DNA of 64,000 nucleotides from Ophelia neglecta. Taxonomy: Eukaryota. The translations under genes and the position numbers were made by a program. The notes under the pieces are model-generated. The model saw only the letters and a list, made by a program, of their open reading frames with translations. It was not told where the DNA came from and did no database searches. The stretch spans positions 52,452,001-52,516,000 of the forward strand of contig OZ260663.1 of assembly GCA_965285935.1 (NCBI GenBank), read 5' to 3'. This document shows, piece by piece, positions 52,601 to 64,000 of this stretch (the stretch's first letter is position 1; each line of letters opens with the position of its first letter).

Positions 52601-55600
52601 ATGGTTTTATGGGCACCATCAAAGCAGTTGGGCCTTTTGATGTCCGCCAGAATAAAATAAAGTGTCCAGACTTGAATTAAACGAATCCTGAGAGTGGGCG
52701 CAGCCTTTCAACGGACTCTATGGCGACATGGCCGCTGATGAATCGTGTCTCTTAAGCAATATATATGTCTTAATAACACAATAATTACCTGCTCCGCATC
52801 TATCACATGTTATGGTGTTAAAATTACTGCAAGGGCAGTTGTGGAGTAGTATACGAAACTAGCTGTATCTAAACCTGGTGATATAAGTCTAAAATGGTGC
52901 AATTCCTTACAATATTTGCCTTTTATGAAATAGGAGTGATATCACTCCCGGCAAGAGCTCATGAGACATACATTGAGGACCAAGCCAATCTGTTAAATAA
53001 AGCAGCCCTGTGTAGCAAATCATAGCTAAGGGGTGGTGATAGCCAGGGATCATTCATTCATCAGTCCACCAATCCTGACAACGATTCCAATTCGGTATGA
53101 CGGCTGTGCGCCGGGGAGTTGGGCAATAGAACCGGACTTGGCCGCCCTTCGCATTATACTCATTCATTCTATTTCCGGGGGGCACATTCCTTCAATATGC
53201 AATTCAATGCCCTTCAAATGTTTGATGTCTAATGAAGAACTTAGGCATTACTAAGAGTGATGCTAGACTTGTACAATAAACCGGAAACTACCTTGGACTA
53301 CATACAATATATTCCTCATGAGGGGTTCTCCATTGTTCCAACCAGAAGAATATTCTCAAGAAAATACCAAGATATTGTCTCATGATGGGGATTCCCTCGC
53401 CAAAATAACTCCCAAAGTCGCGGCCATCGTTGACGGAGGGTTGCCATGTTTATCTTTGGGTTAAATTAGGCCATAGCAATATCAAGGAAGTCTAGTGCAA
53501 ATAAGCATATCAATCAGCTCATTGCATCGGGGACGTTAAGCAATCACGCCCGGACCATTATAAGCAGGGTTATAAGCCATCAGCTGAAAAGCCTTCAATT
53601 ATCATTAAAGAATCCTCGTTCTATCCACTATTACAGTGAATTTCTGTGTTTAATCTTCTACTTAAAAAAAGATTTGTCACCAAAATATGTAATAGAGACG
53701 CAATTTAATATATTGTTTATTGATCAGTAAACCTTTTCGATGATAACAGATATGTTAAATTGTATATATAAATATGACCCATAAAGTTGGTGTTTTTTAT
53801 GAACCTGCCATAAATATAATTAACACATCTCATTAGCTCACCTCGCCACTGTTATATTCACAGCAGTCCTAAACCAATCACGTGGTCTGAATAATTAGTA
53901 TACATGCCACCTGACCTAAATAGTACCCTGTAATACTGGTGTATGATACAATTTATTCTTAGCACAATCTTAATTAAGTCCATGGCCCTAAATAAGACAA
54001 CTAAATCACGCCGGAAGTGTTTGGACATTGCAGCCGAGCCAGCCAAGATGAACACTTCAGGACGCGGCTATGTCGGGCCCGCACTCGTCTTGCCGTGTAT
54101 TTTATGGGAGTGTAGACCCAAAGTGAAATACCAGCGGCCTATAGGTTTGTCACAATAGGCCTAGCCGCATTTAATAAAATACCAGTAAATTAAAGGATAT
54201 AGAGTAGCCACATTCTTTCATCTGATGATTAAAACAGAAATCAGTTAGCATCCTTTAAGCGGTATACGAGGTTATCCAAATTCACAAACCAATTAATACC
54301 CAGTACAACATTCACTTGGAATGACAGAATAGCGACTATGCTTATTTCGAAAACTAATTAAGCAGCACGTGTGTCAAGTCATCTGTCACTAATTTATAGG
54401 AAACACACTGTTCATGTCGTTTTATAGGCCTTGCCGTTAATGAATCTAGCCAAACTCCACTGAACCACTGATAACAGCGAACAGCACACCACTGGAAAGT
54501 CACATCACTTATTTAGTAGCGCCACAACACGACAAACACCACTTTATCACATTCTAGAATTAGCTCATACCTGTTTAAGATGAACCCAACACGCAGCAGA
54601 TACCTTGCCCTAGAATGCGTGGCAAAAATACAAAGAGGAAATATATTAGAATTGCATAGCGTTGATTCAAAGCTGGATGAAATAACCAGCAACTTGAGTG
54701 GTGGCTTTTCCAGACACTGCAGGCCAACATCAATATATTGATGGTAAACAGATGACAGTAACTCGATGTTCAGCTTTCAATACACGTAGCGCCAACGTGA
54801 GAGGTGGTCGTCCCTACTTTCAATCAAGACACCACGATTAAATTATGGAAGGGAACGGGGAATCGGGCGAGACCAGTGTCATGCAGCTTTGCAATATTTG
54901 GCAAATATATAAGAAATCCATCTTGCCAGAAATATATTTCCTTAAGAGGAAAGCAGACGGTTTGTAGGGTGGGGTGAAAGCACACGAACAAATGAAGCTC
55001 GACAAACGACATTCCCAAACACAATTTAACCTTTACCGGAAGCTTGACATGTTTATTCTGGCTCTAAAGTCAAGGAAACTCTTCCCCTCTCCCATATTTC
55101 AAGGAACTCGGAACGGCAGTTCCTGATGTGATTCTAAATGAGGGGAACAGTAACTGTTCTTCGTTTCCAACGTATCATATAAAAACTTTAAACTTGTTCA
55201 CAAAAAGAAGTTGAAGATTAGGTTACTGCAGCATGCTGCCGAATGGCCTAAATTCCCACAGACTTCTGCCGTTAGACATTAGACAAAGGGCATCGATTCT
55301 CTAAATATGGTGGCTGTGCAAAATTGGATATTCCCTTATCAGACTAGCTTCTTATTTCTGAGCAGACATATCTGGCAAAACAATAAAACTAGAAAGACGC
55401 TAAAAAATAACTCAATCTTATTTCCCATGTATCATTTCTTTATTACTTCCAAGTCAATAACTCGGAAGAACAAGAAGATAGTCCATGCCACAATCTTCGA
55501 TGTACGAGATCCAAGCAAACGAGCTGTGATTGCTTGAAGCTGAGATACCAATTCGGGTAAATTGCTAAGCATCATTATAGATGTCAAGCCAACGTGCTTC

Positions 55601-56420
55601 ATGCCGATTTAATCGAGTTGTAGGAATTGCAGTCCAGAGAGGGTGATTTGCAGGCAAGTGGGGGCAGGACCCTCGCATAGTAGAATAACCTTGGGCTGTT
55701 GTTCGGTTGCCGAGCAGAAAACAGCCTCGGCAATTATTCCTCCTGTTATTTCAAGGGGCTCACCACATTCCATAAGCACGGTCTAATTCGATTTATATCT
55801 CAGGTTGATCTGCAATCGCGCTTTGCAATCACTATTTCTCCTGTTGCCGCATTGATATGATCTTCAGTTTCTACAGCAGGCAGCAAGACTCCGGCAATGT
55901 ATACGTACGAGCTGCCTCGTGGGCTCGGGGGCGAACAGAGCGGCTTGGCTATCCCCAGTACTGGCATTATCACAGTACCGGGATCATCAATTACTGGTGG
56001 CTACGAGCTGTTTGTGTCATGCCAGCATAACAATTTGGAGGCACAGCCTGACTGCTTAATATCCCTTCGCCTCTTATGCCCCGCTAAAATGAAATACGAC
56101 CCACATTGTTGTAGATGTCCTGCGGTCTGGTAGAAAATGGTTCCCACCCATTATTGTCACGATTGGATGACTGAATGCTCCAGGCAGCCCGCCTTTCACA
56201 CGCTATGTGCAGCAAGAATGTTTCCACTGGCAAACTCTAGGGCATGCCAGAAAGTACGTGACAAAATGAGCCATAGAGTAGTCTGTTGAGCTGCAGCCCT
56301 GGTTGCGAGCTGGCAGCCTTTGAGCATCTGCACAATAATGCATCTGGTTGTGTTGTCGGACCGGGGACTCTATAAATATGCGGCCCATATATACACTGAT
56401 GACAAACTGAGGGGAGTGTT

Positions 56421-56486
56421 GACCGTACAATACGGTACGGTAATTATCATGGCGACCGTACAGGACGGTACGGTCATTAATATGGC
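56421..56486. repeat. 33-bp tandem duplicate, each unit a hairpin
   Basis: GACCGTACAATACGGTACGGTAATTATCATGGC / GACCGTACAGGACGGTACGGTCATTAATATGGC. Confidence 0.8.
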
Positions 56487-59400
56487 GGATTCGAGTTGAA
56501 TAGCGGTTATCTACAATTCTCTGTCATGGCATTTAACATAATCAGATCACATGATCTGTACAGGGAAACATTAAAGAAGGCTTGCCGTTGCAATCAAAGA
56601 GTTGCTAATAAAGATACACATGTTAAACATGATACACCTGTTAGAATCGGGAGCTCCACTAAATTTAGACGGGAAGGTGCCACTAAAGATTTTAAAAAGT
56701 CTACTCTCACCAAAACATAGGCTCGTAGGTAATAAAAGTAGAAATGAAGCTGTACTGTTGGCCTCCGTGAAAAAAACATTATTACCGCCATGATTCCATG
56801 AAATAACAAGGGCGGTTTACAGGGATCAGTTTAAATCAGCAAGGAACCTACGCTGGTTGCTCTTTCCATTGGAACCAGCAATTTTATTGGTTTTGTGGCA
56901 AGAGGACAACAGTTTTTTACTACATAACTTTGGCTAGGTCCCCTATCTGAAGGTAATTATAAGCTGAACACCCTTTCGCCGGCGCGGGCGTCTAATGGGC
57001 GATTGGAAACAAGGCACGTCGGGTGATTTTATCGACTTCCGGTGAGAAACGTTGTCTCTGGCGCTGGATTGCCATCTTGCATTATGGCTCGAGGCCAAAG
57101 AGATACTCCATCAAACTGGCTGTAATGATCCTAAGAGGACGGCTCGCTTTCAGACCTCAAATCACCATGCGGTAAACGGCAGTATTTTTTAAATCGAGTT
57201 TGTTAGATTTTCCAGTCTTAGCTGGTTGTCACAGGAAGTCCAAAAATGCAATCGTAGGTCGCAGGCTACAGGCAGAAAGTCTTATAGTCCACAGTATTAG
57301 TTTTTTATATGAGGTGATAAACCAACAGGACAAGCATCATACATGCGAATGTGAAACTTGCACTTAAAAGGTATTCGTTTACAGGCACCAGTTGCTAGCT
57401 GGTCTATAGGCCTATATGATTCACAAATGAGGCATGTTTATCAAGTGCAAGAGAATTTCGACTAGTTTGTAATTTATAATGATCCCTGTGTAGAGACAGG
57501 TCATTAGACTATGCACATTATGTTGCGCACAATTAAGGTAGAGCTATGTCCATTAAAGCTCAATAGGTTAGCCACTGTAGTCCCTGTAACTTCATGTCGG
57601 GCCAAGGCGTTCTATTTTAATGGAGTTGATATTGGCACGTTTACTCAAAGAAAGCATAATATTGTACAGGCCGAAAGCTTTGCTAGCTGCTTTCACTGCC
57701 GAGAAATGTCCTCTAGGCCTATAATCATCTCTCGATTCAACTGTTGGCTTGACACCGGATATTAGCCCAGTCTGCGGCTATCAGTGTTTGTCGGCCTGCT
57801 ATACAAGATTGCATTATATTTGAAAAGGTCAAGCCCAAGCTATCGAGAGTGTTATGGTGATCCCTTGATCGGGCGTTTTACGACGGCGCTATTTGTAGCT
57901 GTTTGAGGCTATGCCCAGGGCCTCACGGGAATTGCATGACCCCATTGAGCAGGTACATGACAATTAATGGGTTCGTAGTTGGTTTATCTGATATCCTCAT
58001 GGTAAAATGAGTCGTAATATCGAAGCTAATAAATAGGCCCGCGTGTAACAGATAGAGAAGTCGCAATAGTCGTGGATATTGCAATAACAAAAAACTTGAA
58101 ACTAATGGCGCTGATGGACGGCCAATCAGCCAGTCTAACCTTCAACCTATAAATTATGCACTCAGTGTACATTCATATAATAATGTGCAGGCCTAAAGTT
58201 CACAATATTGCATTAATGGAACCCAGGTATAAACAATCCTTTAAGCGTGGTCATTTACCACACGACAATAGAACAGATATACGAAAAGTTTATGTCAATA
58301 AACATAAACAATGGAATCAAGGTATATGCGACTCTCCAAATCAGCCACCACAGTCCTCTACTCAAAACCTAATAGGCTGCAGCAATAATTCTTTCTCTGA
58401 TAACAATTTCTATTCTCCGATCACCTTTTTTATATGTACCGCTATAAACAGACCAATCAGCCACACTGTACGTGCATACCGGCAATTCTGACGCACTTGT
58501 CCAGCTGCTAACCCCTTCTATAGATATACTTTACCTGGCCGAGGGTGTATCCAAAAAATTCTTCTATTTTTCCATAGACAGAAACTGATGGAAGGCCTAA
58601 ATATATACGTTTGGTTGAATATGTTGAAATCTTGACTGGTTGGTAGAAATTAGTATTTTTTTAGATTCATTACGGTTGCATCTTAAAACTTTTCTTTTAA
58701 AAATGCAAAATTGAGAATTCGTTAGTTTAAACTGAAAAGCTAACTGCGCACCACCATAACCTACACTTACAAATCTAGATTACTTGATTAAATATTTTTT
58801 AAACCTTATTTACTCGGCATGACATATTGATAAAAGGAGGACAATTTTAGTAACTGTTCATGACATCCATGTTTTTTTTATTACTTCGGTTCCAGGCTAG
58901 CAAATTACTCTTCATTTTCTGTTTAATTGTTTATTAAAATCGCAAGTGGCTGCTAAGAAAACTCTGTCTATATACGTTCGATCATGTTGGCTGTGCTATA
59001 ATTATTGCAACCAAACAATTACATTATGTAAATTATACCTGAGATTCAGGACGATGATCAACTCCTTTCATAACAGGGTTTTAATGAAATGCGCAGGATA
59101 CCAAACTATTTGGCTATAGCCTAACACACGTCATGCACTTCTAGTATTTATCACGCCAAGTCTTAATGACTCGTCAGCTGGCTTCTCCATTGTAGATCTA
59201 ACTGAATTTCGGCCAATCTTGTGCAGCTCTTTGAAATTTGACCCAATAAAATTCAAATTTTTATAGATTTTTCGTTTAACAGAAACGCTATATGTTATTA
59301 AACTGGGATCATTTCCAAGAATTTTGCGTGTGATTAAGGTCATATTCTCACTTATTCATTTACAACATTCCGTATACAAATGCCCACTCTCCCTCTCTGT

Positions 59401-61548
59401 TCTTGTCAGGGTATTAAAAGACCATTGTAGCGAAAGGGCCATAAGCCTATTATTTTTAATTTTCTATAACACTTAGAACTTTTATTGGCATTGCTGCAAT
59501 CAGGAATTGAAGTGCTATCAATCTTAACGGTTATTGGAGACTAAAAGTAGCGGACCGAGTCATCCCCGTGATTAATATTATAAAGCCATTTTGTGACTAC
59601 CCTGCACTCTTTTATCCCCGTGCAAACGCATATTACCATTGATTACGAAGGGGGTTTCCCATATAAGAGAAAATTCTTGCATGCATGTATTTGCATTACA
59701 TGCACATTGACTACTACTACCGTGGTAGAGTATGATAAAAGCCTACTAATGTCTGCGTCTAAGGACAAGTTGTATTTAGAAACACGTAAAATTTTGATAA
59801 AAGGGGCTCTATAACAAACAAATTCTATCCTAGAAGTAACACTACTTAGTTCATCATTGAAAATATAGAGTATTATAAGCTGTACACCAAGCATATTTGC
59901 TACAATGACAATGCTTATGTGGTTACTTAAGTACACCAAAGGGACATAGCATCATGCTGGATATACATAAATGTAAGGAAATACATTTCATTGAATATAC
60001 ATAGAATAAATATTTGTTCGATTACTAAATAAATTACCATAGTTGCAAAGAGATAACTACGTGACTGATATGTCCACATCGAACCAATAATAATGTCTCC
60101 GTTTGTAAAACATGAAGAGTACACACTTAAATTGTTGGTCAATTTGAAAAAAGCGTTCGTAGTCCTACATTGTTTAGGTAAAGTATCATCTTATATTATT
60201 ACAGTGACAAGTCTGAATCACAATATAAGGGGATCAATTTATCAGAAACAATGGATTTTCCTCCTGAAAAAATGAGTTAGTTATAGGCCTATAGATGGTT
60301 AAACATTACGAACTAGGTCAAACGACTAAGTCGGTGATTCCGGAACCGGAAAAGAACTTTCGGAGGACCTGGTCTTTTAATCCCCATTTTCAATGCAACC
60401 AGTGCCATTAAGCAAAATCAACATGAAGGTATTGATAGTTTCTGATGATTCGTATGCACATTCACACCAGGCTAGAGACACTCGGTTGGAACTAGCTCTG
60501 CTGTCAGCTGAGCGGGCGATAGGCCTAGATGTTTTATATGTTGCCAGCAATAATTCTTGGCACATACCATGAAACTGATACGTAACCGGATTATCTTATC
60601 CAGACGGCCTCTGATAACAGTTAGATCTAAAAGCTTTTCCCCAAGTCTAAGTGGTTTTCATTTTCTACAAACCAATATGCAGGCGTGAGTCGGAGTACTT
60701 CCGGTCAGGCGTGACCCTGCTATGATAGTTCATGTGGTCTTGTGACAATCCACTTATTATTTTAGTATCAGCATTTGTTTGCAGTCGAATGCGCCTGAAA
60801 ATGTTCATAATATTTGTCTAGTGTAATACGAACACACATTCCCTGAAATATCCGTGCTGATTATTTACTGGTCTGCCTGGTCGTATGTTCTGCACTATAT
60901 AACACATCTGGGTGGCTATCTGGTGCGTATACTTGATTATTACGGAGCATACAAGACGACAGCAGATGTGATTGATTGCAGACGTGACTGTGTCTTAACA
61001 ACAGGAATTTGATGATGCCGGTGGAATATTTTTAGCTGATGATTTCCACCTTAGTTGTGCCCTAGTTAAGCTCAGGCCGACTCAGAAACAAGAACAAGTG
61101 TAAGGTACACACGTATTCGATCTTTTCTGACTTAACACCAGTAACTATTGTACGGTTTGTCTACGCATTGCTTGGGCAGAGGTTGCCAAACACTGGTATT
61201 CTGCCGGTAACTGGAAAGTTTGTGTAATAGATCAGAGGCCCGGCCTAAATTTACAGACTGGACCGGGGCATGTGGTGTCAGAGGGGCTTATCTGCTGGCA
61301 TGTCGGCCTGACGGTAGTTGGTAATCCCTGTTTTATGGTACTCGGTAATCCCTGCATTATCAGTTGGTGTAGACACTCATCAGCCACATAGTTCATCTTA
61401 TGTATGCCAAACTAAATGCTCGAGATAACATTTACCAAAGTATATATTTTTGTCTTTGTTATTGTATTTCAGCCATTGCATATTATGCGAAAGTATACAG
61501 ATGGCGGTTTGCTAAAATTAGAAAGTCAACAAAATCATCTGTACTTAC

Positions 61549-62451
61549 CCTAGCCGCAACTGAAGTCTGCGGCTTCTCCAATAGGTCCCACACTTTGTGT
61601 CTCCACTTAGAGCAGTATCCATTGCCAAAGTCCTCGGGCTCTCTAACTTTAAGACTTTCCGCCTCGTTTCGCATTTCCTCGAACACATGTTCTTTCCTTT
61701 GATGGTATTTGTGCTGACAACACGATTCAAGGTACAGTTCATCAATGCCCCAATATTCTAGGTCATCGCTGAATGATAACACACACGTGTCTTCCACTAA
61801 ATGCAACTTTCCTGTACGATAAAAGTTCAGCACCGAGGAAAATGTCCGAGGGTGTCTATCAAAAAAGAATTCCATTTCCGCAATATTGTAATCGTCACAT
61901 AGCTCCATAATAGTCTCATGAGAGTTACTATGTTTTAATTTTCCCAGTCTAGTATGGGGTAGTCTGTCTAAAGTTTTCCACATCACTTCGTGTTTGGAGC
62001 CACCGACGTTGAGTATCACTCGCTTGGCTAATTTTTTGAGCCGGACGATGGTGTAGGGGTCGGGCGGGGGGACATCCTGCCTTAGGTTACTGTGGCTGGG
62101 AGCCCGGGGTAAAGTGAGGCTCTGCCCGTAAGGCGGCGGCGCCTGGACGTTACTTTCCACACAGCTCATGCTGGCTACACTGGCGACGGCCTGCAGACCA
62201 CCGCTAGAAGTTGTGCCGCTCGCTACTAGGCTGGTGGTTATTTTTACCTCCGGCTTGCTGACGCTTCCCTCGCGCGATTTTCGAATGGACATATCCCTCA
62301 TCGCGAAGAAGTCTGGGGATGTTCCGTACGGGGACGGGGACGAAGATGCCGAGTCCTGTCTCTTGACAGCCTCCCGGAGGGAATGTGCCCGCGCCAAGTC
62401 GTAACCTCCACCCGAGTCCGTGCCGGGCCCGCTACTACTAGGGATGAACAT
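61549..62451 (-). CDS. Shab: Kv2/Shab voltage-gated potassium channel, coding exon 1 (N-terminal extension + T1 domain)
   Basis: ATG in an ACCATG context. T1 domain [29 protein letters not shown]...FFFDRHP...[10 protein letters not shown]...LESCCQ...WDLLEKP. Donor AGG|GTAAGT at 61549/61548, phase 0 (301 codons). Confidence 0.96.
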
Positions 62452-62749
62452 GGTAAATGATAAAGATGTTCACTCTATGAACTTAGATTTCAGCTAAAAT
62501 TTATGCACTACAACATAGGTACACGGCGAATCTAGGACGATCTCTATAGATGACTGACCATAAAGGCACGGCATCCCATACCACAACATATTTACACATC
62601 TTAGGGTACATCGGGTTAATGGTTTCCCTCGTCCACTGCAGACGGGGATGATGACATTGAAGTGGTTACATCAAACATATAACATTGATTTCCTTAATCA
62701 TGTATTCTGGTGTACAGGCTTCTCTAAGATTCGTTAGTAGCGTGGTAGT

Positions 62750-63200
62750 AGTATGGGCAGTTGCCCATGTCATTCAGTGGTAGCTAAGTGTCACAAGCAA
62801 GCGGGTGGGACAGAGTGAATGGAGACAGAGGGTTGAAGACGCAGAGAGCCAGGCCAGGGCCCGGCCGCTAGGTGGATTAGTCAAGCTGGTGCGAGTTATA
62901 GTGGTGCCGTGTGCATGCACTGATCAACGAACATACCAATCAACCAATAGTCACATCGATACATTGATCATCCATAAGAGACTAAATCACATATCGGAGA
63001 TCGTTGTTTCACCATCACCCGTTCAGTACTTCTGTCTATTAACACGAACACATCACCAATTTTATTTGATAACCAAACCAAACTATTTTACAGTAACACA
63101 TCCAGTGGCAATACATGCATATATGACCACCCGGCAGCATATATGCATGTATAGCATCGTAACAGCGGAACAGCCAAGTCAATCACCAATTAGACATTAA
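62750..63200 (-). promoter_or_regulatory. Putative Kv2 proximal promoter / 5' UTR region
   Basis: Locally GC-rich block at 62800-62900, 350-450 nt upstream of the ATG. CCAAT boxes at about 62936, 62944, 63056 and 63187. TSS not determinable; a more distal non-coding exon cannot be excluded. Confidence 0.3.
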
Positions 63201-63361
63201 TAATATTGTGTGTTATGATTGTCTATAGAACATTATACATCTACACGGTAGCCACCACAAATGACATCGAGCAGGCAGTGAACAGTGTGCGGGTCAATCT
63301 GAAGTTAACAGATAAAGCATGTACAACAGGCTGTGATCATATTAAACATTATAGGCAATTA

Positions 63362-63829
63362 CAGTGTGTACCAAAATCCAGCCCGTATGTCTTTCGAGGA
63401 AGATTTGACAAAGTCCGTAGAGGCCGATGTTACCATAATTGGTGGGTGCATAATTCCATATGTTATAGGCCTATACTTGTTGCATCTTGTTTCGAGTTTT
63501 GGTGTAGGTTATGTGGTTTAATGAGCATAGCCTTTCTAAATCCATTTCCAAACCAAATGTTTGAATGAAAACCTTTCCATGGCTGCAGTTTGGACATGCT
63601 TACTCATGCTATTCTTTCACTATCACCAGTCAAGTGGATTAGAAATGGATTTATGTTGGCAGCATTCATAATGTCACATGGCTCCAAATATTCGCTGGTG
63701 TATGCTATAAATATGTTTAGTACAATAACTCGAAAGAGAATGGCTTTATTGTATTGAACAAAACAGCTATCCCAAACTTTGTCAATTTTTCCTCGAAATA
63801 CAGAAGGGCAGGTTTTCCGATACACCCTG
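63362..63829. mobile_element. Tc1/mariner-like MITE (468 bp) upstream of Kv2
   Basis: About 53-bp imperfect TIRs: CAGTGTGTACC...TTTCGAGGAAGATTTGACAAAGT (63362-63414) versus the reverse complement of 63776-63829 (CAGGGTGTATC...TTTCGAGGAAAAATTGACAAAGT). TA on both flanks. Confidence 0.8.
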
Positions 63830-64000
63830 TATCGAATTATTTGCGTGTAGGCTTAAATACAATTACAGTATACATATATGCCATCAATTTACCGACTATA
63901 GAGGATAATTGCACTGATCTATGTTGAAGGCAATGCCCTTGATGGGTGAACTATAGATTTGCTGTAAATTGAGTTAGGTTTATAAATTGAATTGAATACC

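Noticed and set aside
59145-59185. Hammerhead-like CTGACGA-GTC-ATTAA-GAC on the - strand
   Set aside because: The required GAAA does not follow stem II. The other CTGAnGA hits I checked also lacked stem II plus GAAA.
63206-63825. Two ORFs sharing a VFRGxxDKV peptide
   Set aside because: An artefact of the MITE terminal inverted repeats.

Overview
AT-rich, intron-containing animal genomic DNA. It is probably an invertebrate and possibly a lophotrochozoan, but that is an inference. Two genes converge tail-to-tail. (1) On the + strand lie the last four coding exons of a Golgi-type PAP phosphatase, IMPAD1/BPNT2 (1-120, 1060-1155, 1788-1964, 3314-3582). (2) On the - strand lies an apparently complete Kv2/Shab voltage-gated K+ channel gene: exon 1 at 62451-61549 (N-terminus + T1), a 24.3-kb intron, exon 2 at 37287-36214 (S1-S6) and exon 3 at 32727-31938 (carrying a PRC-like clustering motif). 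The 3' end of this gene is unusually complex. It has a candidate in-frame 108-nt cassette exon and a NAGNAG acceptor. It also has three phase-1-compatible alternative last coding exons (30673-30501, 29133-28379, 15643-15576). Exon 29133 looks like a recursive-splicing (RS) exon, with a second donor 45 nt after its UAG stop. The rest is intronic/intergenic DNA with several MITE-like elements (TA- and TTAA-flanked), a 30-bp minisatellite and candidate cis-regulatory motif clusters. No prokaryotic systems, CRISPR arrays, tRNA/rRNA genes or autonomous transposase/RT ORFs were seen. All exon models were built by hand from splice consensus and reading phase, not from transcript data.
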